NCBI GenBank assembly: GCA_028286885.1
Contig: JAQBQS010000005.1
Span: forward strand, 1-54,823
Reading direction: 5' to 3'
From: Patescibacteria group bacterium
Lineage (GTDB): Bacteria; Patescibacteriota; Minisyncoccia; Phycocordibacterales; UBA1006
DNA length: 54,823 bases
Shown here: positions 26,773 to 36,660 of the stretch, one piece after another
Position numbering within the stretch: the first letter of the stretch is position 1
Layout: every line of letters begins with the position of its first letter
Position numbers and translations under genes: made by a program
The notes under the pieces: generated by a model
What the model saw: only the letters and a program-made list of their open reading frames with translations
Told to the model about the DNA's origin: nothing
Databases searched by the model: none

Positions 26773-28443
26773 CTATTTTATATCCTTCTCAATGCGAATA
26801 TGGTCCCGCAGATAATCTCTCGTGTCTCCCACCTTCTTTCCCGGATTGAAAATCGTCTTCGGATCAAACAACGATTTCGTAAATTTGAAGAGTCCGATGA
26901 TGAACGGACCGTACATCTTTTCTAAATACGGCGTGCGGACGATTCCGTCGTTGTGTTCGGCAGTGAGCGAACCGCCATATGACAAGACGAGATCGTATAC
27001 CTTGTCTGAAATATTCAGGATGAGTTCCCTGTTCGCCGGAACGTGCATGTCCATCAGCGGAATGATGTGGAAATTTCCATTTCCAACATGTCCCGCAATC
27101 GTGTAGACGAATCCAGCATTGTCCAAAATCTTTTGGATCTTCGGCATAAATTCAGGAAGCGTCGCAGGCGGAACAATAATGTCGTCGATGAACGGCGCCG
27201 TGCGCTTGCCGTGGACATGCTTGCGCAAGAGATTGAACGACTCGCGTCGGATGCGCCAATACTTATTCGCTTCCGCTGCGTTTCTTGCAATATGAGTTTG
27301 AAATCCAAATTCCTTGATTGAAGATTCTATCTCGACAAGCTTGGCTTTCACTTCTTTTTCAGTGTTTCCTGCGACTTCAACCAAGACAATTAATTTGGGA
27401 ATTCCGCCGCGCAAGATCTTGATTCCGTCAGGAATCATGGCAATGCCAAGCTTGATGAATTCCCACAGTCCCATTTCTCCCAAGAAGTCGAAGAAGAATT
27501 TGAACGCGAGCTTCAGGCTGTAATCGTCGAACGACTCGATGCTTTCAGGATTGAACGTGACAAGCTTCGCGGCAAGGTCGCCGATGCGGTCAATCTTGTC
27601 CATGTAAATTGCCAAGACGTTTGTAACAGGCTCGACATCGACAAGTTTGAATGTCGCCTCGGTAACAATACCAAGTGTTCCCTGTGAACCAACAATCAAC
27701 TTGTTCAAGTCGAACACGCCTGTCTTCTTGTCATAAATATTCCACAAGAAATATCCCGCCGAATTCTTGGAAACCTTCGGCTTGGCATTCTTGATCGCGT
27801 CGTAGTTCTTTTCGATCGTATCGAACAGGCTTTTATACAAGTTTCCCTCGAAATCGTTCTGCGCGATTTTCGCATCAAGCTCTTCTTTTGAAAGCGGCTT
27901 TACAACATATTCATTGCCGTCATTGAAAACGACTTTCGTCGCGATAACATAATCTTCAGCCTTGCCATAGCGCAGGGTTTTTTCACCCGCACCGTTATTG
28001 CCGACGATGCCGCCCATCGCGCAGATTTCTTTGGATGCCGGAAACGCCGGATACATCAGATTTTTTGCAAATGTTGCTTTCTCGAAATCCCGATAGAAAA
28101 CACCGGGCTGAGTGACAACTATTTTTTCATCGGCGTTTACCTCGCCCAAGATATTCATGTAACGTGTGAAATCGCAAATCACCGACTCGTTGATCGCACC
28201 GCCTGACATGCACGTTCCGGCTGACCTTGCCGTGATGGAAATTTTCTTTTCCTCGGGGCGGAGCTTCGCATTCTCCGCATTCGCCCATTTGACAAGTGCG
28301 CACACGTCAGCCGCATCATGCGGAAAAACGACCGCGAGTGGATACAGCTGGAAGAGGCTCGCATCTTGCGAATATTTCTCGAGCACGGACTGGTCGGTTT
28401 CGATGTCGCCTTTGAAGGCGGATTTGAGTGCTTCGAGATTCAT
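26773..28443 (-). CDS. FAD-binding oxidoreductase (GlcD/D-lactate dehydrogenase family, no Fe-S domain)
   Basis: ARSAGTCMSG, GGIVGNNGAG, GSQGTLGIV, GHVGNGNFH, AEHNDG. Confidence 0.9.
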   Translation of the reverse strand: MNLEALKSAFKGDIETDQSVLEKYSQDASLFQLYPLAVVFPHDAADVCALVKWANAENAKLRPEEKKISITARSAGTCMSGGAINESVICDFTRYMNILGEVNADEKIVVTQPGVFYRDFEKATFAKNLMYPAFPASKEICAMGGIVGNNGAGEKTLRYGKAEDYVIATKVVFNDGNEYVVKPLSKEELDAKIAQNDFEGNLYKSLFDTIEKNYDAIKNAKPKVSKNSAGYFLWNIYDKKTGVFDLNKLIVGSQGTLGIVTEATFKLVDVEPVTNVLAIYMDKIDRIGDLAAKLVTFNPESIESFDDYSLKLAFKFFFDFLGEMGLWEFIKLGIAMIPDGIKILRGGIPKLIVLVEVAGNTEKEVKAKLVEIESSIKEFGFQTHIARNAAEANKYWRIRRESFNLLRKHVHGKRTAPFIDDIIVPPATLPEFMPKIQKILDNAGFVYTIAGHVGNGNFHIIPLMDMHVPANRELILNISDKVYDLVLSYGGSLTAEHNDGIVRTPYLEKMYGPFIIGLFKFTKSLFDPKTIFNPGKKVGDTRDYLRDHIRIEKDIK

Positions 28444-28541
28444 GCGACCATCATATCAGATCGGTGAAAAAAGAAACTCTTGACAATTTTTGATAAAAAA
28501 AAGCCCATCTGATGATGGGCTTCGGAGAAGGTCGCGGAAGA

Positions 28542-29195
28542 TCATTGATCATATCTGCGGCCATTTCCTTTTTTAGCTTTTAGCTTAGCTGCCTCGTACT
28601 TCAGTGTTCCGCTACCTGAGATAAGATACTTCTTATCTTCGAGGATGTAGACATACTTACTGTCAGAGACAACGTGGGTCGTTGTAAATTGCTCATCGCC
28701 GGAGATCGTACTGTTTGCTGCACTAGGAGACACAGGCGAGAAAGGTACCAAGATATCAGCACCGTCTTTAGTAGCGAACGAAACCAGAAGGATGCGATAA
28801 TTTCTCGTTCCTACGAGGGTTGAATCGACAACGTTTCCCAGTTCGTCGTAGCTCTTCTTGTAGACCTTGTCACTTTTTGACTCGATCTCCATTACCTTGC
28901 CTTTGGTGCCGTCTTTGTATTTAACTGTCACCATTTCTTTACGTTTTCCTTTGATGTTCTCTGATTTATCAGGAACTTCTTGGATAACGATATCGCCATC
29001 GAGATACATCTGCAAAGTTTGAAGATCTGCATCTTCGTACGTCGTATCTACTTCATGAGTGTAGAACTTGAAGTGATCCACTTTCTTACTGCCGAGCGCA
29101 ACTGCATCGCGGCTTGTTGTAGCTTTGAATGCGATTTGAGCTTGTGCCGAGCAAAGGGATACCAGGACGATTACTGTTAAGGTTAATTTTTTCAT
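28542..29195 (-). CDS. Secreted hypothetical protein
   Basis: Signal peptide MKKLTL..SAQA; beta-rich mature part. Confidence 0.7.
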   Translation of the reverse strand: MKKLTLTVIVLVSLCSAQAQIAFKATTSRDAVALGSKKVDHFKFYTHEVDTTYEDADLQTLQMYLDGDIVIQEVPDKSENIKGKRKEMVTVKYKDGTKGKVMEIESKSDKVYKKSYDELGNVVDSTLVGTRNYRILLVSFATKDGADILVPFSPVSPSAANSTISGDEQFTTTHVVSDSKYVYILEDKKYLISGSGTLKYEAAKLKAKKGNGRRYDQ

Positions 29196-29319
29196 TTCTA
29201 TTTTGGTTTAATGTTTTATGAATATTTGAAAAGGACTTTATCTTTATACCTCTATATTAGCATACATTGTTATAAAAGTCAAGTACCCAGGGAGGGTTTT
29301 CTTGATATACTGAAAACCT

Positions 29320-30243
29320 ATGGAAAATAACGATATTTTGGCAGAATTGGGCTATTGCGGCCGGCTTTGCATCCTTCCCTTCGACCACCGGTCCTTTTTC
29401 GAGGAACTCCTCAAATTCAAGGAACCTCTGACCGAGGAGCAGAAAAACCAGCTCACGGACTATAAAAAAATCATCTACGGCGGCTACGAAAAGGCCTTGA
29501 TCCTCGGCGTTCCTGCGGGCGAATCGGCCATTTTGGTCGACGATGAGTTCGGACTCGACATTTTGACTGATGCCAAGAAAAAAGGATACTTCACCCTCCA
29601 AAGTACAGAAGTTTCCGGCGATACGCATTTTGAATTCGCGCACGGCAATGATTGGCAAGAATGGATCGAGAAAGTCCAGCCGACATTCGTCAAAGCCTTG
29701 GTCAGGTACAACGCCGACGGCGACGATAAGCTTAATGCGAAGAGCTTGGCAGGACTCAAGAAACTTTCGAATTATGCGCACGAGGAAGGATACAAGTTTT
29801 TGATTGAACCTCTGGTTCCGGCAACTGACGAGCAGCTATCATCTGTCGATAACGACAAGAAGCGGTACGATGCGGAACTTCGTCCGATGCTGACGGTGAA
29901 AATGATTTTCGAGATGCAAGAGGCGGGCGTTGAGCCTGACATCTGGAAAATCGAAGGGTTCGCCAAGGAAACCGCATACGAGGAAGTCGTCGCTGCAGCA
30001 CGAGCCGGGGGCCGCGACCATGTCGGCGTAATTTCCCTCGGACGAAATGAAACGGACGAAATTGTCGAAGGCTGGCTGCGAGCAGGATCTCATGTTAAGG
30101 GTGTGATCGGATTTGCGGTTGGCCGCACGATCTTCCTCGATTCCCTTCTGAAATTCCAATCCGGGGAGTTTACTCGAGAGCTCGCGATGGAAACAATTGC
30201 AGAAAGGTTCAAGCATTTCTACGATGTATTTACAAAAAAATAA
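29320..30243 (+). CDS. DUF2090 / IolC C-terminal-like class I aldolase TIM barrel
   Basis: ILPFDHR, ILVDDEFG, VKALVRYN, FLIEPLV, PDIWKIEG, GFAVGRTIF. Confidence 0.8.
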   Translation: MENNDILAELGYCGRLCILPFDHRSFFEELLKFKEPLTEEQKNQLTDYKKIIYGGYEKALILGVPAGESAILVDDEFGLDILTDAKKKGYFTLQSTEVSGDTHFEFAHGNDWQEWIEKVQPTFVKALVRYNADGDDKLNAKSLAGLKKLSNYAHEEGYKFLIEPLVPATDEQLSSVDNDKKRYDAELRPMLTVKMIFEMQEAGVEPDIWKIEGFAKETAYEEVVAAARAGGRDHVGVISLGRNETDEIVEGWLRAGSHVKGVIGFAVGRTIFLDSLLKFQSGEFTRELAMETIAERFKHFYDVFTKK

Positions 30244-30347
30244 AATAACCAAGAAAAATCTCTTTCAATCAGCTCGTTCAAAGTTCTCTCGAACTCAGAA
30301 ACGTGGAACTGTCATTGAAAGAGGTTTTTTCTTGGTTATTTTATTTT
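30237..30347. repeat. Long inverted repeat (33/34-nt arms) spanning both convergent stop codons
   Basis: 30237-30269 versus 30314-30347 with one bulge and one G-U; inner GTTC/GAAC stems. Confidence 0.85.
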
Positions 30348-31198
30348 GCAAACAATCCTTTCCAGTCGGCAACAAATTTCTCGATTCCTTTGTTCGTCAG
30401 TTCGTGATGAATATCATACAAAACCCAATCGCCTTCCGAAATGTCACGGTACGGAATCGGCTTATTATCTGAAATGGCGAACTCATGCTGCGCGGGATCA
30501 TTGTTGAGGCCTTGTGCCTTCCATAGTTCTACGATCGACATCGGAATCGTAATAATGTCGCATCCGGCATTGATGCAGCCGAACAAATGGTCAAGGCTTC
30601 GGATGCTCGCGCCGAGAACCTGGACATGACTGTTCCAGTTTCGGTACATGAGAAGAATATTCTTGATAAGGTCGATTCCATGGAACCCAATGTCATCGAG
30701 CCGTCCGATGAACGGCGACACATAGACCTGGCCCGCAGCGCCGACCGTTGCGCTGTGAACGGCAGCAGCCTGCTCCTGAGAGAAGCAGAGCGTCATGTTC
30801 ACGTTAATTCCCTCCGATGACAGCGCTCGCGCGGCAACGAGCCCCTCGTGCGTCGTCGGAAGTTTCACAAAGATTCCAGGAAACCATCCCGCCAAGTCTT
30901 TGCCTCGATTGATCATCTCCTCGTGCGGCGTTTCAAGATCCGAGAATACCTCGACCGAAATCGAGCCGTGCGGGATGATGTTCCGGATTTCCTCGGCAAC
31001 CAATTTATACTGCGACCAGATCGAATCCTCTGAAAGGCTGCCGGCATTCTTGAGCTCGACAATGCGAGGATTCTTGGCAACCAAACTGGGATTTGTCGTC
31101 TGTCCGTCCAAAAATCCCAAATCAGTTAGCGCTTGCTTGGTCTCGAGAGGATTTCCCGAGTCGAGGAATATTTTTGTAGTGAGATATGATGGTTTCAT
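30341..31198 (-). CDS. tal: Transaldolase (short family)
   Basis: IFLDSG, GQTTNPSL, SVEV, VKLP, NMTLCFS, YVSPFIGRLDD (Glu/Phe pattern of true transaldolases). Confidence 0.9.
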   Translation of the reverse strand: MKPSYLTTKIFLDSGNPLETKQALTDLGFLDGQTTNPSLVAKNPRIVELKNAGSLSEDSIWSQYKLVAEEIRNIIPHGSISVEVFSDLETPHEEMINRGKDLAGWFPGIFVKLPTTHEGLVAARALSSEGINVNMTLCFSQEQAAAVHSATVGAAGQVYVSPFIGRLDDIGFHGIDLIKNILLMYRNWNSHVQVLGASIRSLDHLFGCINAGCDIITIPMSIVELWKAQGLNNDPAQHEFAISDNKPIPYRDISEGDWVLYDIHHELTNKGIEKFVADWKGLFAK

Positions 31199-31228
31199 AA
31201 TCCAATTATAGCATGATATAATTCCCCC

Positions 31229-32230
31229 ATGAATATTTTCGGAACTAAAAAAATCGACTTCTTAGCTATCGGTGATGTGACAACTGATACGTTTATCAGA
31301 CTCAAGAATGCCGCCATAGCGTGCGATGCAAACAATGAATGTACGATATCAATGCCCTGGGGTGCAAAGCTTTCCTATGATTTTGCCATCGATATTTCAG
31401 GTGTTGGAAATGCCGCAAACGCAGCCGTCTCCGCTGCGAGGATTGGACTCAAAACAGCCTTCTTGTCCCATGCTGGAAAGGATCACAATGGCGACACGTC
31501 CGTCTCAGCACTTGATAAGGAAGGCATTTCGACTAAATACATAAAACGTACAGACGGCGCATCGAACCATGATTTCGTACTATGGGAAGGTCCTGAGCGA
31601 ACGATTCTCGTCAAACATGAATCATCTAATTACGAGCTTCCGAGCGACCTCCCTGTTCCGCGATATGTATATCTCTCATCAGTCGGAGATTCGAGCGGAA
31701 CATTCCACGCGAAACTTGCCGATTGGCTCACAGTCCATCCTGAAATCGTATTCGCCTTCCAACCCGGACGCGAACTCGCCGACGGATTTGATGTTCACAA
31801 GCACCTCTACGAGCGTGCAAATATCTGCATCATGAACAAGGAAGAGGCCGAAGGACTTTTGAAACTCGGCGAAACTGATATGAAAGATCTTTTAAAGGAA
31901 CTTCAGTCTAAAACTTCAAAACTTGTCTTTATAACAGACGGTCCAAAAGGCGCGTATTCGTTTGATGGAACCCAGATGCTCTACATTCCAATGTACCCGG
32001 ATCCAAAACCTCCCTACGATCGAACCGGCGCTGGCGACGCATTTGCCTCGACAGTAGTATCAGCACACGCGCTTGGCATTCCTCTTGAAAGTGCAATGAC
32101 GTGGGGACCAATCAATTCAATGTCGGTCGTTCAGGCGGTCGGCGCTCAAAACGGACTGTTGTCACGAGAAAAAATTGAAGAATTTTTGAAGAATGCTCCG
32201 ACTGACTACAAGATTAAAAAAATCCCTTAG
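31229..32230 (+). CDS. PfkB-family carbohydrate kinase
   Basis: GNAANAAVS..RIG, ITDGPKG, DRTGAGDAF. Confidence 0.9.
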   Translation: MNIFGTKKIDFLAIGDVTTDTFIRLKNAAIACDANNECTISMPWGAKLSYDFAIDISGVGNAANAAVSAARIGLKTAFLSHAGKDHNGDTSVSALDKEGISTKYIKRTDGASNHDFVLWEGPERTILVKHESSNYELPSDLPVPRYVYLSSVGDSSGTFHAKLADWLTVHPEIVFAFQPGRELADGFDVHKHLYERANICIMNKEEAEGLLKLGETDMKDLLKELQSKTSKLVFITDGPKGAYSFDGTQMLYIPMYPDPKPPYDRTGAGDAFASTVVSAHALGIPLESAMTWGPINSMSVVQAVGAQNGLLSREKIEEFLKNAPTDYKIKKIP

Positions 32231-32240
32231 TGGGATTTTT

Positions 32241-32666
32241 TTAATTCTTCTTCTCTTCTTTTTTTGCAAAAATAGAAGCAACTATTCCATGGAGCCCGGC
32301 AGCCAATTTGTCGAAGAGGTTGTTTGTTAGATACTTGCCATCCTTCTCGTCTGCTTCGATTTCCGTACTCCACAACCATCCGTAAAATAAAATAAAGAGA
32401 ACGGCTTCAATAATCTTGAACACAAGTCCCGACTTCAGGAATAAGAAGAAAAATCCAAGAATGAATACAATAACCGTGACGGCGAGCTTGAATTGTCTCA
32501 CAGGCCCCATTTTGGTATTCCACCAAAGCCCGAACTGGATCCGCCACTCGTCTTTCAAAGAGTATTGGCTTGGGCTTGGACCGAACGACTTGAAAAACTT
32601 CCGAAAATAATCGATAAAGTCCTCCCAGTCTTTTTTCATGAGATCGTAATCGAAATCCTGTTTCAT
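32241..32666 (-). CDS. Hypothetical membrane protein
   Basis: Two TM segments. Confidence 0.65.
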   Translation of the reverse strand: MKQDFDYDLMKKDWEDFIDYFRKFFKSFGPSPSQYSLKDEWRIQFGLWWNTKMGPVRQFKLAVTVIVFILGFFFLFLKSGLVFKIIEAVLFILFYGWLWSTEIEADEKDGKYLTNNLFDKLAAGLHGIVASIFAKKEEKKN

Positions 32667-32706
32667 AAGTAACGATTATATTACATATTTAATATAAAAT
32701 GTCAAT

Positions 32707-32925
32707 CTATTCGCCGATATATTCAAATCTTGGAACAGTCTTCCCTTCGAATTCCACATTCTCTAAAAACATACCGAGGGGGCGCACCCACAAATCCGAC
32801 AGCTCGTTGGTTCCCATGTGATCATACACGACAAGATCTTCAAGCGTTTCAGAATGCTTGGCGACACCAAGAACCTTAACAGTGTGGCCTTTGTAATGTT
32901 TATAAATTCCTATTTTCAAATCCAT
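32707..32925 (-). CDS. DUF1653 family protein
   Basis: GIYKHYKG..AKHSET.EDLVVY..WVRPLGMFLE..PRF; start MDLK 1 nt after the transketolase stop. Confidence 0.85.
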   Translation of the reverse strand: MDLKIGIYKHYKGHTVKVLGVAKHSETLEDLVVYDHMGTNELSDLWVRPLGMFLENVEFEGKTVPRFEYIGE

Positions 32926-32926
32926 A

Positions 32927-33922
32927 TTATTTCCGCTTGAGCGCATCGCGCACGGCATTCTTAATCGACTCGACGTCGAGCTTGTAATGATTGAAAAGCT
33001 CCGCCATGGTTCCCGATTGTCCGAACTGGTCGCGAACTCCGATGAATTCGATCGGAACAGGATGCTCCTCAGCCAAGACTTCGGCAACCGCGCCTCCAAG
33101 TCCGCCCGCAATCTGATGCTCTTCGCACGTGACAATTGCGCCAGCCGATTTTGCCAAATCCACAAGTCCTTCGCGGTCGATCGGCTTGATCGTTGCCATA
33201 TTCAAAACAACCGCATTGATTCCCTCTCCGGCAAGTTCATTTGCCGCAAGAATTGCATTATGAACAAGCGTTCCGCACGCAACAATTCCGATATCCGCGT
33301 CAGCTAAATCACCAAACATAATTTCTGATTTCCCAATTTCAAACTGCGTCTCATCGGTCGTGAATACGGCCGTTTTTTCACGCCCCAATCGCAAGTATGC
33401 AGGCTTTCCACTTTTTGCAATCGCGAGCGTCGCGCGCTTCGCCTCGTTCATATCGCACGGAACGATCACGGTCATGTTCGGCATCACGCGCATGATCGCG
33501 ACGTCTTCGAGCGCCTGATGCGTCGCACCATCCGGTCCGACGGATACACCCGCGTGGCAACCGATAATTTTCACGGGAACATTATTGAGCGCGATCGTCG
33601 TTCGAATCTGTTCCCAATTTCGCCCAGGCGAAAATGTCGCGTAACTCGTAATGAACGGAATCTTGCCGTAGTTCGCGAGACCCGATGCAACCGTCGCCAA
33701 GTTCTGCTCGGCAACGCCCATCTCGATAAACCGGTTCGGAAACAGTTTCGAGAATTCCTCAACGCGCGTGGACTCTTTGAGGTCCGCCGAAAGAGCGACG
33801 ACATTCTCGTCGAGATTTCCGGCTTCTACCAACCCAATTCCAAAACCGTCCCGCGTCGCCTTCTGGTCGAGCGATTTCGGATCGAGTGTTTTGTCGTTTA
33901 GTTTTGCAATTGGGTTTAACAT
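32927..33922 (-). CDS. tktB: Transketolase, C-terminal (pyrimidine-binding) subunit
   Basis: EMGVAEQN, GPDGATHQ, YLRLGR, VTCEEH. Confidence 0.93.
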   Translation of the reverse strand: MLNPIAKLNDKTLDPKSLDQKATRDGFGIGLVEAGNLDENVVALSADLKESTRVEEFSKLFPNRFIEMGVAEQNLATVASGLANYGKIPFITSYATFSPGRNWEQIRTTIALNNVPVKIIGCHAGVSVGPDGATHQALEDVAIMRVMPNMTVIVPCDMNEAKRATLAIAKSGKPAYLRLGREKTAVFTTDETQFEIGKSEIMFGDLADADIGIVACGTLVHNAILAANELAGEGINAVVLNMATIKPIDREGLVDLAKSAGAIVTCEEHQIAGGLGGAVAEVLAEEHPVPIEFIGVRDQFGQSGTMAELFNHYKLDVESIKNAVRDALKRK

Positions 33923-33931
33923 ATTAAAAAT

Positions 33932-34816
33932 TTAATCCAAATGCCCTCCCTCGATCTTTCCTTGCAGCGTTCGAAGTTCTTTAAGCATCTCATTGCCCTG
34001 TTCCGCCTTCTTCCAAACATCTTCGGGTCCCGCTCCGGGAGGAGCCCCGTGCCAGCGATAGTCGAACTCGATCTCCTTAATTCCCTTTCCAGGAATCGTA
34101 TGCGCGATGATCACTGTCGGTTTCTCGACGATCGTTTTTGCCAAGTTGACCGCGTCGACGATTTCGTTGAAATTATGCCCGTCGATCTCGATCACGTGCC
34201 AGTTGAACGCGCGCCACTTGTCGGCAAGGGGTTCGAGCGGCATGATCGTTTCGGTCGTCCCGTCGATCTGGATATTGTTGCGATCAATGATTGCCGTCAG
34301 GTTGTTCAGCCTGTTGTTGCCCGCGAACATAATTGCCTCCCATGAGTTCCCCTCGTCAAGTTCGCCGTCGGACATGCAGCAGAAAATATGATTCTTCCTG
34401 CCGTCCATACGAAGACCCAAGGCCATGCCGGAAGCTTGCGAAAGTCCTGAGCCAAGAGGACCAGAGGTATTCTCGAGTCCTGGAAGTTTTTCCCGCTCGG
34501 GATGGCCCTGTAAACGGGAACCGAATTTGCGAAGCGTTAAAAGTTCAGGCACCGGAAAATAGCCCGCGTGTGCCATCGTGGCATAGCGGACTGGAACAAT
34601 ATGACCGTTCGACAGAATCAGCCGGTCGCGCTCCGTCCAATCGGGATTCTTGGGATCGTGATTCAAAATATGAAAATACATCGCCGTAAAAATATCAGTC
34701 ATGCCAAGAGGTCCGGCCGTATGTCCGCTTCCTGCAGCAACGAGCATTTCGATAATCGATTCCCGAATCGCGACGGCTTTGAGCTCGAGGTCTTTTATTT
34801 GAGAGTCAGATAACAT
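33932..34816 (-). CDS. tktA: Transketolase, N-terminal (TPP-binding) subunit
   Basis: GSGHTAG, DRLILSNGH, LQGHP, SDGELDEG..IIDRN, HTIPGKG; start MLSD. Confidence 0.93.
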   Translation of the reverse strand: MLSDSQIKDLELKAVAIRESIIEMLVAAGSGHTAGPLGMTDIFTAMYFHILNHDPKNPDWTERDRLILSNGHIVPVRYATMAHAGYFPVPELLTLRKFGSRLQGHPEREKLPGLENTSGPLGSGLSQASGMALGLRMDGRKNHIFCCMSDGELDEGNSWEAIMFAGNNRLNNLTAIIDRNNIQIDGTTETIMPLEPLADKWRAFNWHVIEIDGHNFNEIVDAVNLAKTIVEKPTVIIAHTIPGKGIKEIEFDYRWHGAPPGAGPEDVWKKAEQGNEMLKELRTLQGKIEGGHLD

Positions 34817-34820
34817 GCGT

Positions 34821-35453
34821 TTATTGTACCAAAGATTCCAGCTTTTCAATATTCGATTTCGGATCGCCTGAAAATACGGACGAGCCGCAGACAAACCTCG
34901 TCACACCCACCTTCGAGAGTAAGCCAATGGTATTCTCGTTTACGGAACCGTCCACTGAAACAGTCAGTTCTGGATGCGCGATTTTGAAATATTCAGCTTT
35001 GGCAAGAACCCGCTCGTCAAACGGCTGACCCTGGCTGCCAATCTCGGCAATTCCCATCAGCTGAACAAATGAAATGTCGTCTGTTATGAATTTCATCAAG
35101 AATTCATTTGGTGTATCGTTTGAAATAGATAATCCGATCTCGACCCCCTTTTCTTTCAAATATGAAATACAGTCCACAGGGTCGGCAACGGCCTCAATAT
35201 GCAAAACAATCCTTGCAGGCTTCATTGTAATATATTGATCGAGATCGTTCGGAGATTTTACATCAATCATCAAATCAAGCTCATATGAAATTTCGTCCGC
35301 ATGCGGCAAGCTTGAAAATTCAGTTTTATTCGAAACAAACTTCCCGTCGCAGACATCTACTTGGACAAACTTTACCAAATCCAAAATGCTCGATACTTTC
35401 TCATCGAGTTCGGATTGGGATTTTGGGAGGATGGCTGGAATTATTTGATTCAT
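34821..35453 (-). CDS. rpe: Ribulose-phosphate 3-epimerase
   Basis: IIPAIL, QVDVCDGKFV, LDLM, LHIE, VSVDGSVN; ATGA overlap with the upstream HD gene. Confidence 0.88.
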   Translation of the reverse strand: MNQIIPAILPKSQSELDEKVSSILDLVKFVQVDVCDGKFVSNKTEFSSLPHADEISYELDLMIDVKSPNDLDQYITMKPARIVLHIEAVADPVDCISYLKEKGVEIGLSISNDTPNEFLMKFITDDISFVQLMGIAEIGSQGQPFDERVLAKAEYFKIAHPELTVSVDGSVNENTIGLLSKVGVTRFVCGSSVFSGDPKSNIEKLESLVQ

Positions 35454-36037
35454 AGTTTCGGAAAGAGATGTTCCTGAGGAGTAATTTCCAGGACGAGCTT
35501 GTCGAAGATCTCGAGAATCGTCGGATCGATTTGCAGGCGAGGCCTTTTGTTCGCAATGAATGCGGAAAGAGTCACGCCGTTTCGATGCCATGACCTGCCG
35601 TTGTCAGCGTATATGTTCAAAGGCGCAATCACCTTGTCGAGAGCATAGACAAATCGGCTTTCTGCATTATCTTGGAGTTCGTACTCGTCGATCAGGTCAT
35701 GAAGCGTACCGAACTCAGGAATATTCGTTCTCATGGCATTCTTGGCATGCTCCTCGCGCTCGTGCTTGGTGGACTTGTCCTCTGATCCCGCACCGAAGTT
35801 CGGCGTGTCTCCTGCATATGCCTCGACAAGGTCGTGGGCAAGGCAATATTCAAAAACCTTCTTCATATCCAAATCAAGCTTTTCGGTCTCGACCAAATAC
35901 CACGCGACGAGCGCCATCTGATAGCTGTGCTCGGCGTCGTTTTCAAGGCGGTCCTCGCCGGTCGCGTAGATCGAACGCTTCACCTGCTGAAACAGGTGCG
36001 TAAACTTTATGAAGTTCAGCAGTGGGTCTAAATTCAT
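35450..36037 (-). CDS. HD-domain phosphohydrolase (YfbR/HD_3 5'-nucleotidase-like)
   Basis: ENDAEHSYQ, LAHDLVEAYAGD, FVYALDK. Confidence 0.88.
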   Translation of the reverse strand: MNLDPLLNFIKFTHLFQQVKRSIYATGEDRLENDAEHSYQMALVAWYLVETEKLDLDMKKVFEYCLAHDLVEAYAGDTPNFGAGSEDKSTKHEREEHAKNAMRTNIPEFGTLHDLIDEYELQDNAESRFVYALDKVIAPLNIYADNGRSWHRNGVTLSAFIANKRPRLQIDPTILEIFDKLVLEITPQEHLFPKL

Positions 36038-36038
36038 A

Positions 36039-36473
36039 TTAAAATTTCGAAAGCCTTCTCGCATGCTTCTCGTCTTTCGAGAATTCTGTTTCCAAAAATA
36101 TTTTTACTGCCTCCTTGGCTTCGTCTTCGGGAACAAATCGCGCGCCAAGCGACAGAACATTCGCATCGTTGTGCTCACGCGAAACTTTCACGATTTCAAG
36201 ATTGCCGCCGTAATACGCCGTTGCGCGAACGCCCTTAAAACGATTCGCACACATCGCCTCGCCCTGTCCCGATCCGCCCAAAATAATTCCGCGAGCATTC
36301 GGGTCTTCAACGACGGCGTATGCCGCAAGCGAAATGAAATCAGGATAGTCGTCTTTTTCGTTCAGTTCAAAAGCTCCATGGTCGGTGACTTCATGGCCAA
36401 GTTCTGTCAGATGAGCTTTGAGTTGTTCCTTCAGATCAAATCCGGCGTGATCTGTCGCTATATGAATATTCAT
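36039..36473 (-). CDS. rpiB: Ribose-5-phosphate isomerase B
   Basis: ATDHAGF, DDYPD, GGSGQGEAMCAN, REHNDANVLSLG, HARR. Confidence 0.93.
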   Translation of the reverse strand: MNIHIATDHAGFDLKEQLKAHLTELGHEVTDHGAFELNEKDDYPDFISLAAYAVVEDPNARGIILGGSGQGEAMCANRFKGVRATAYYGGNLEIVKVSREHNDANVLSLGARFVPEDEAKEAVKIFLETEFSKDEKHARRLSKF

Positions 36474-36658
36474 GATTTAAATATTTTATGAAACAAAGTC
36501 TGATGACCGAGTACTTCGCAAGTCGTATTCTTAAAACATCCAAAGTTACTTCCGCATATATCCGTTGTCTTGCAGGATTTAATTGGAATCTGAATGAAAA
36601 ATGTTGCAATGATAATTATTGCGAGGATGATTATTGAAATGAGTTGGAATTTTTTCAT
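36470..36658 (-). CDS. Small membrane-anchored protein with four Cys
   Basis: N-terminal TM then CKTTDICGSNFGCFKNTTC; overlaps the rpiB start. Confidence 0.6.
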   Translation of the reverse strand: MKKFQLISIIILAIIIIATFFIQIPIKSCKTTDICGSNFGCFKNTTCEVLGHQTLFHKIFKS

Positions 36659-36660
36659 AA

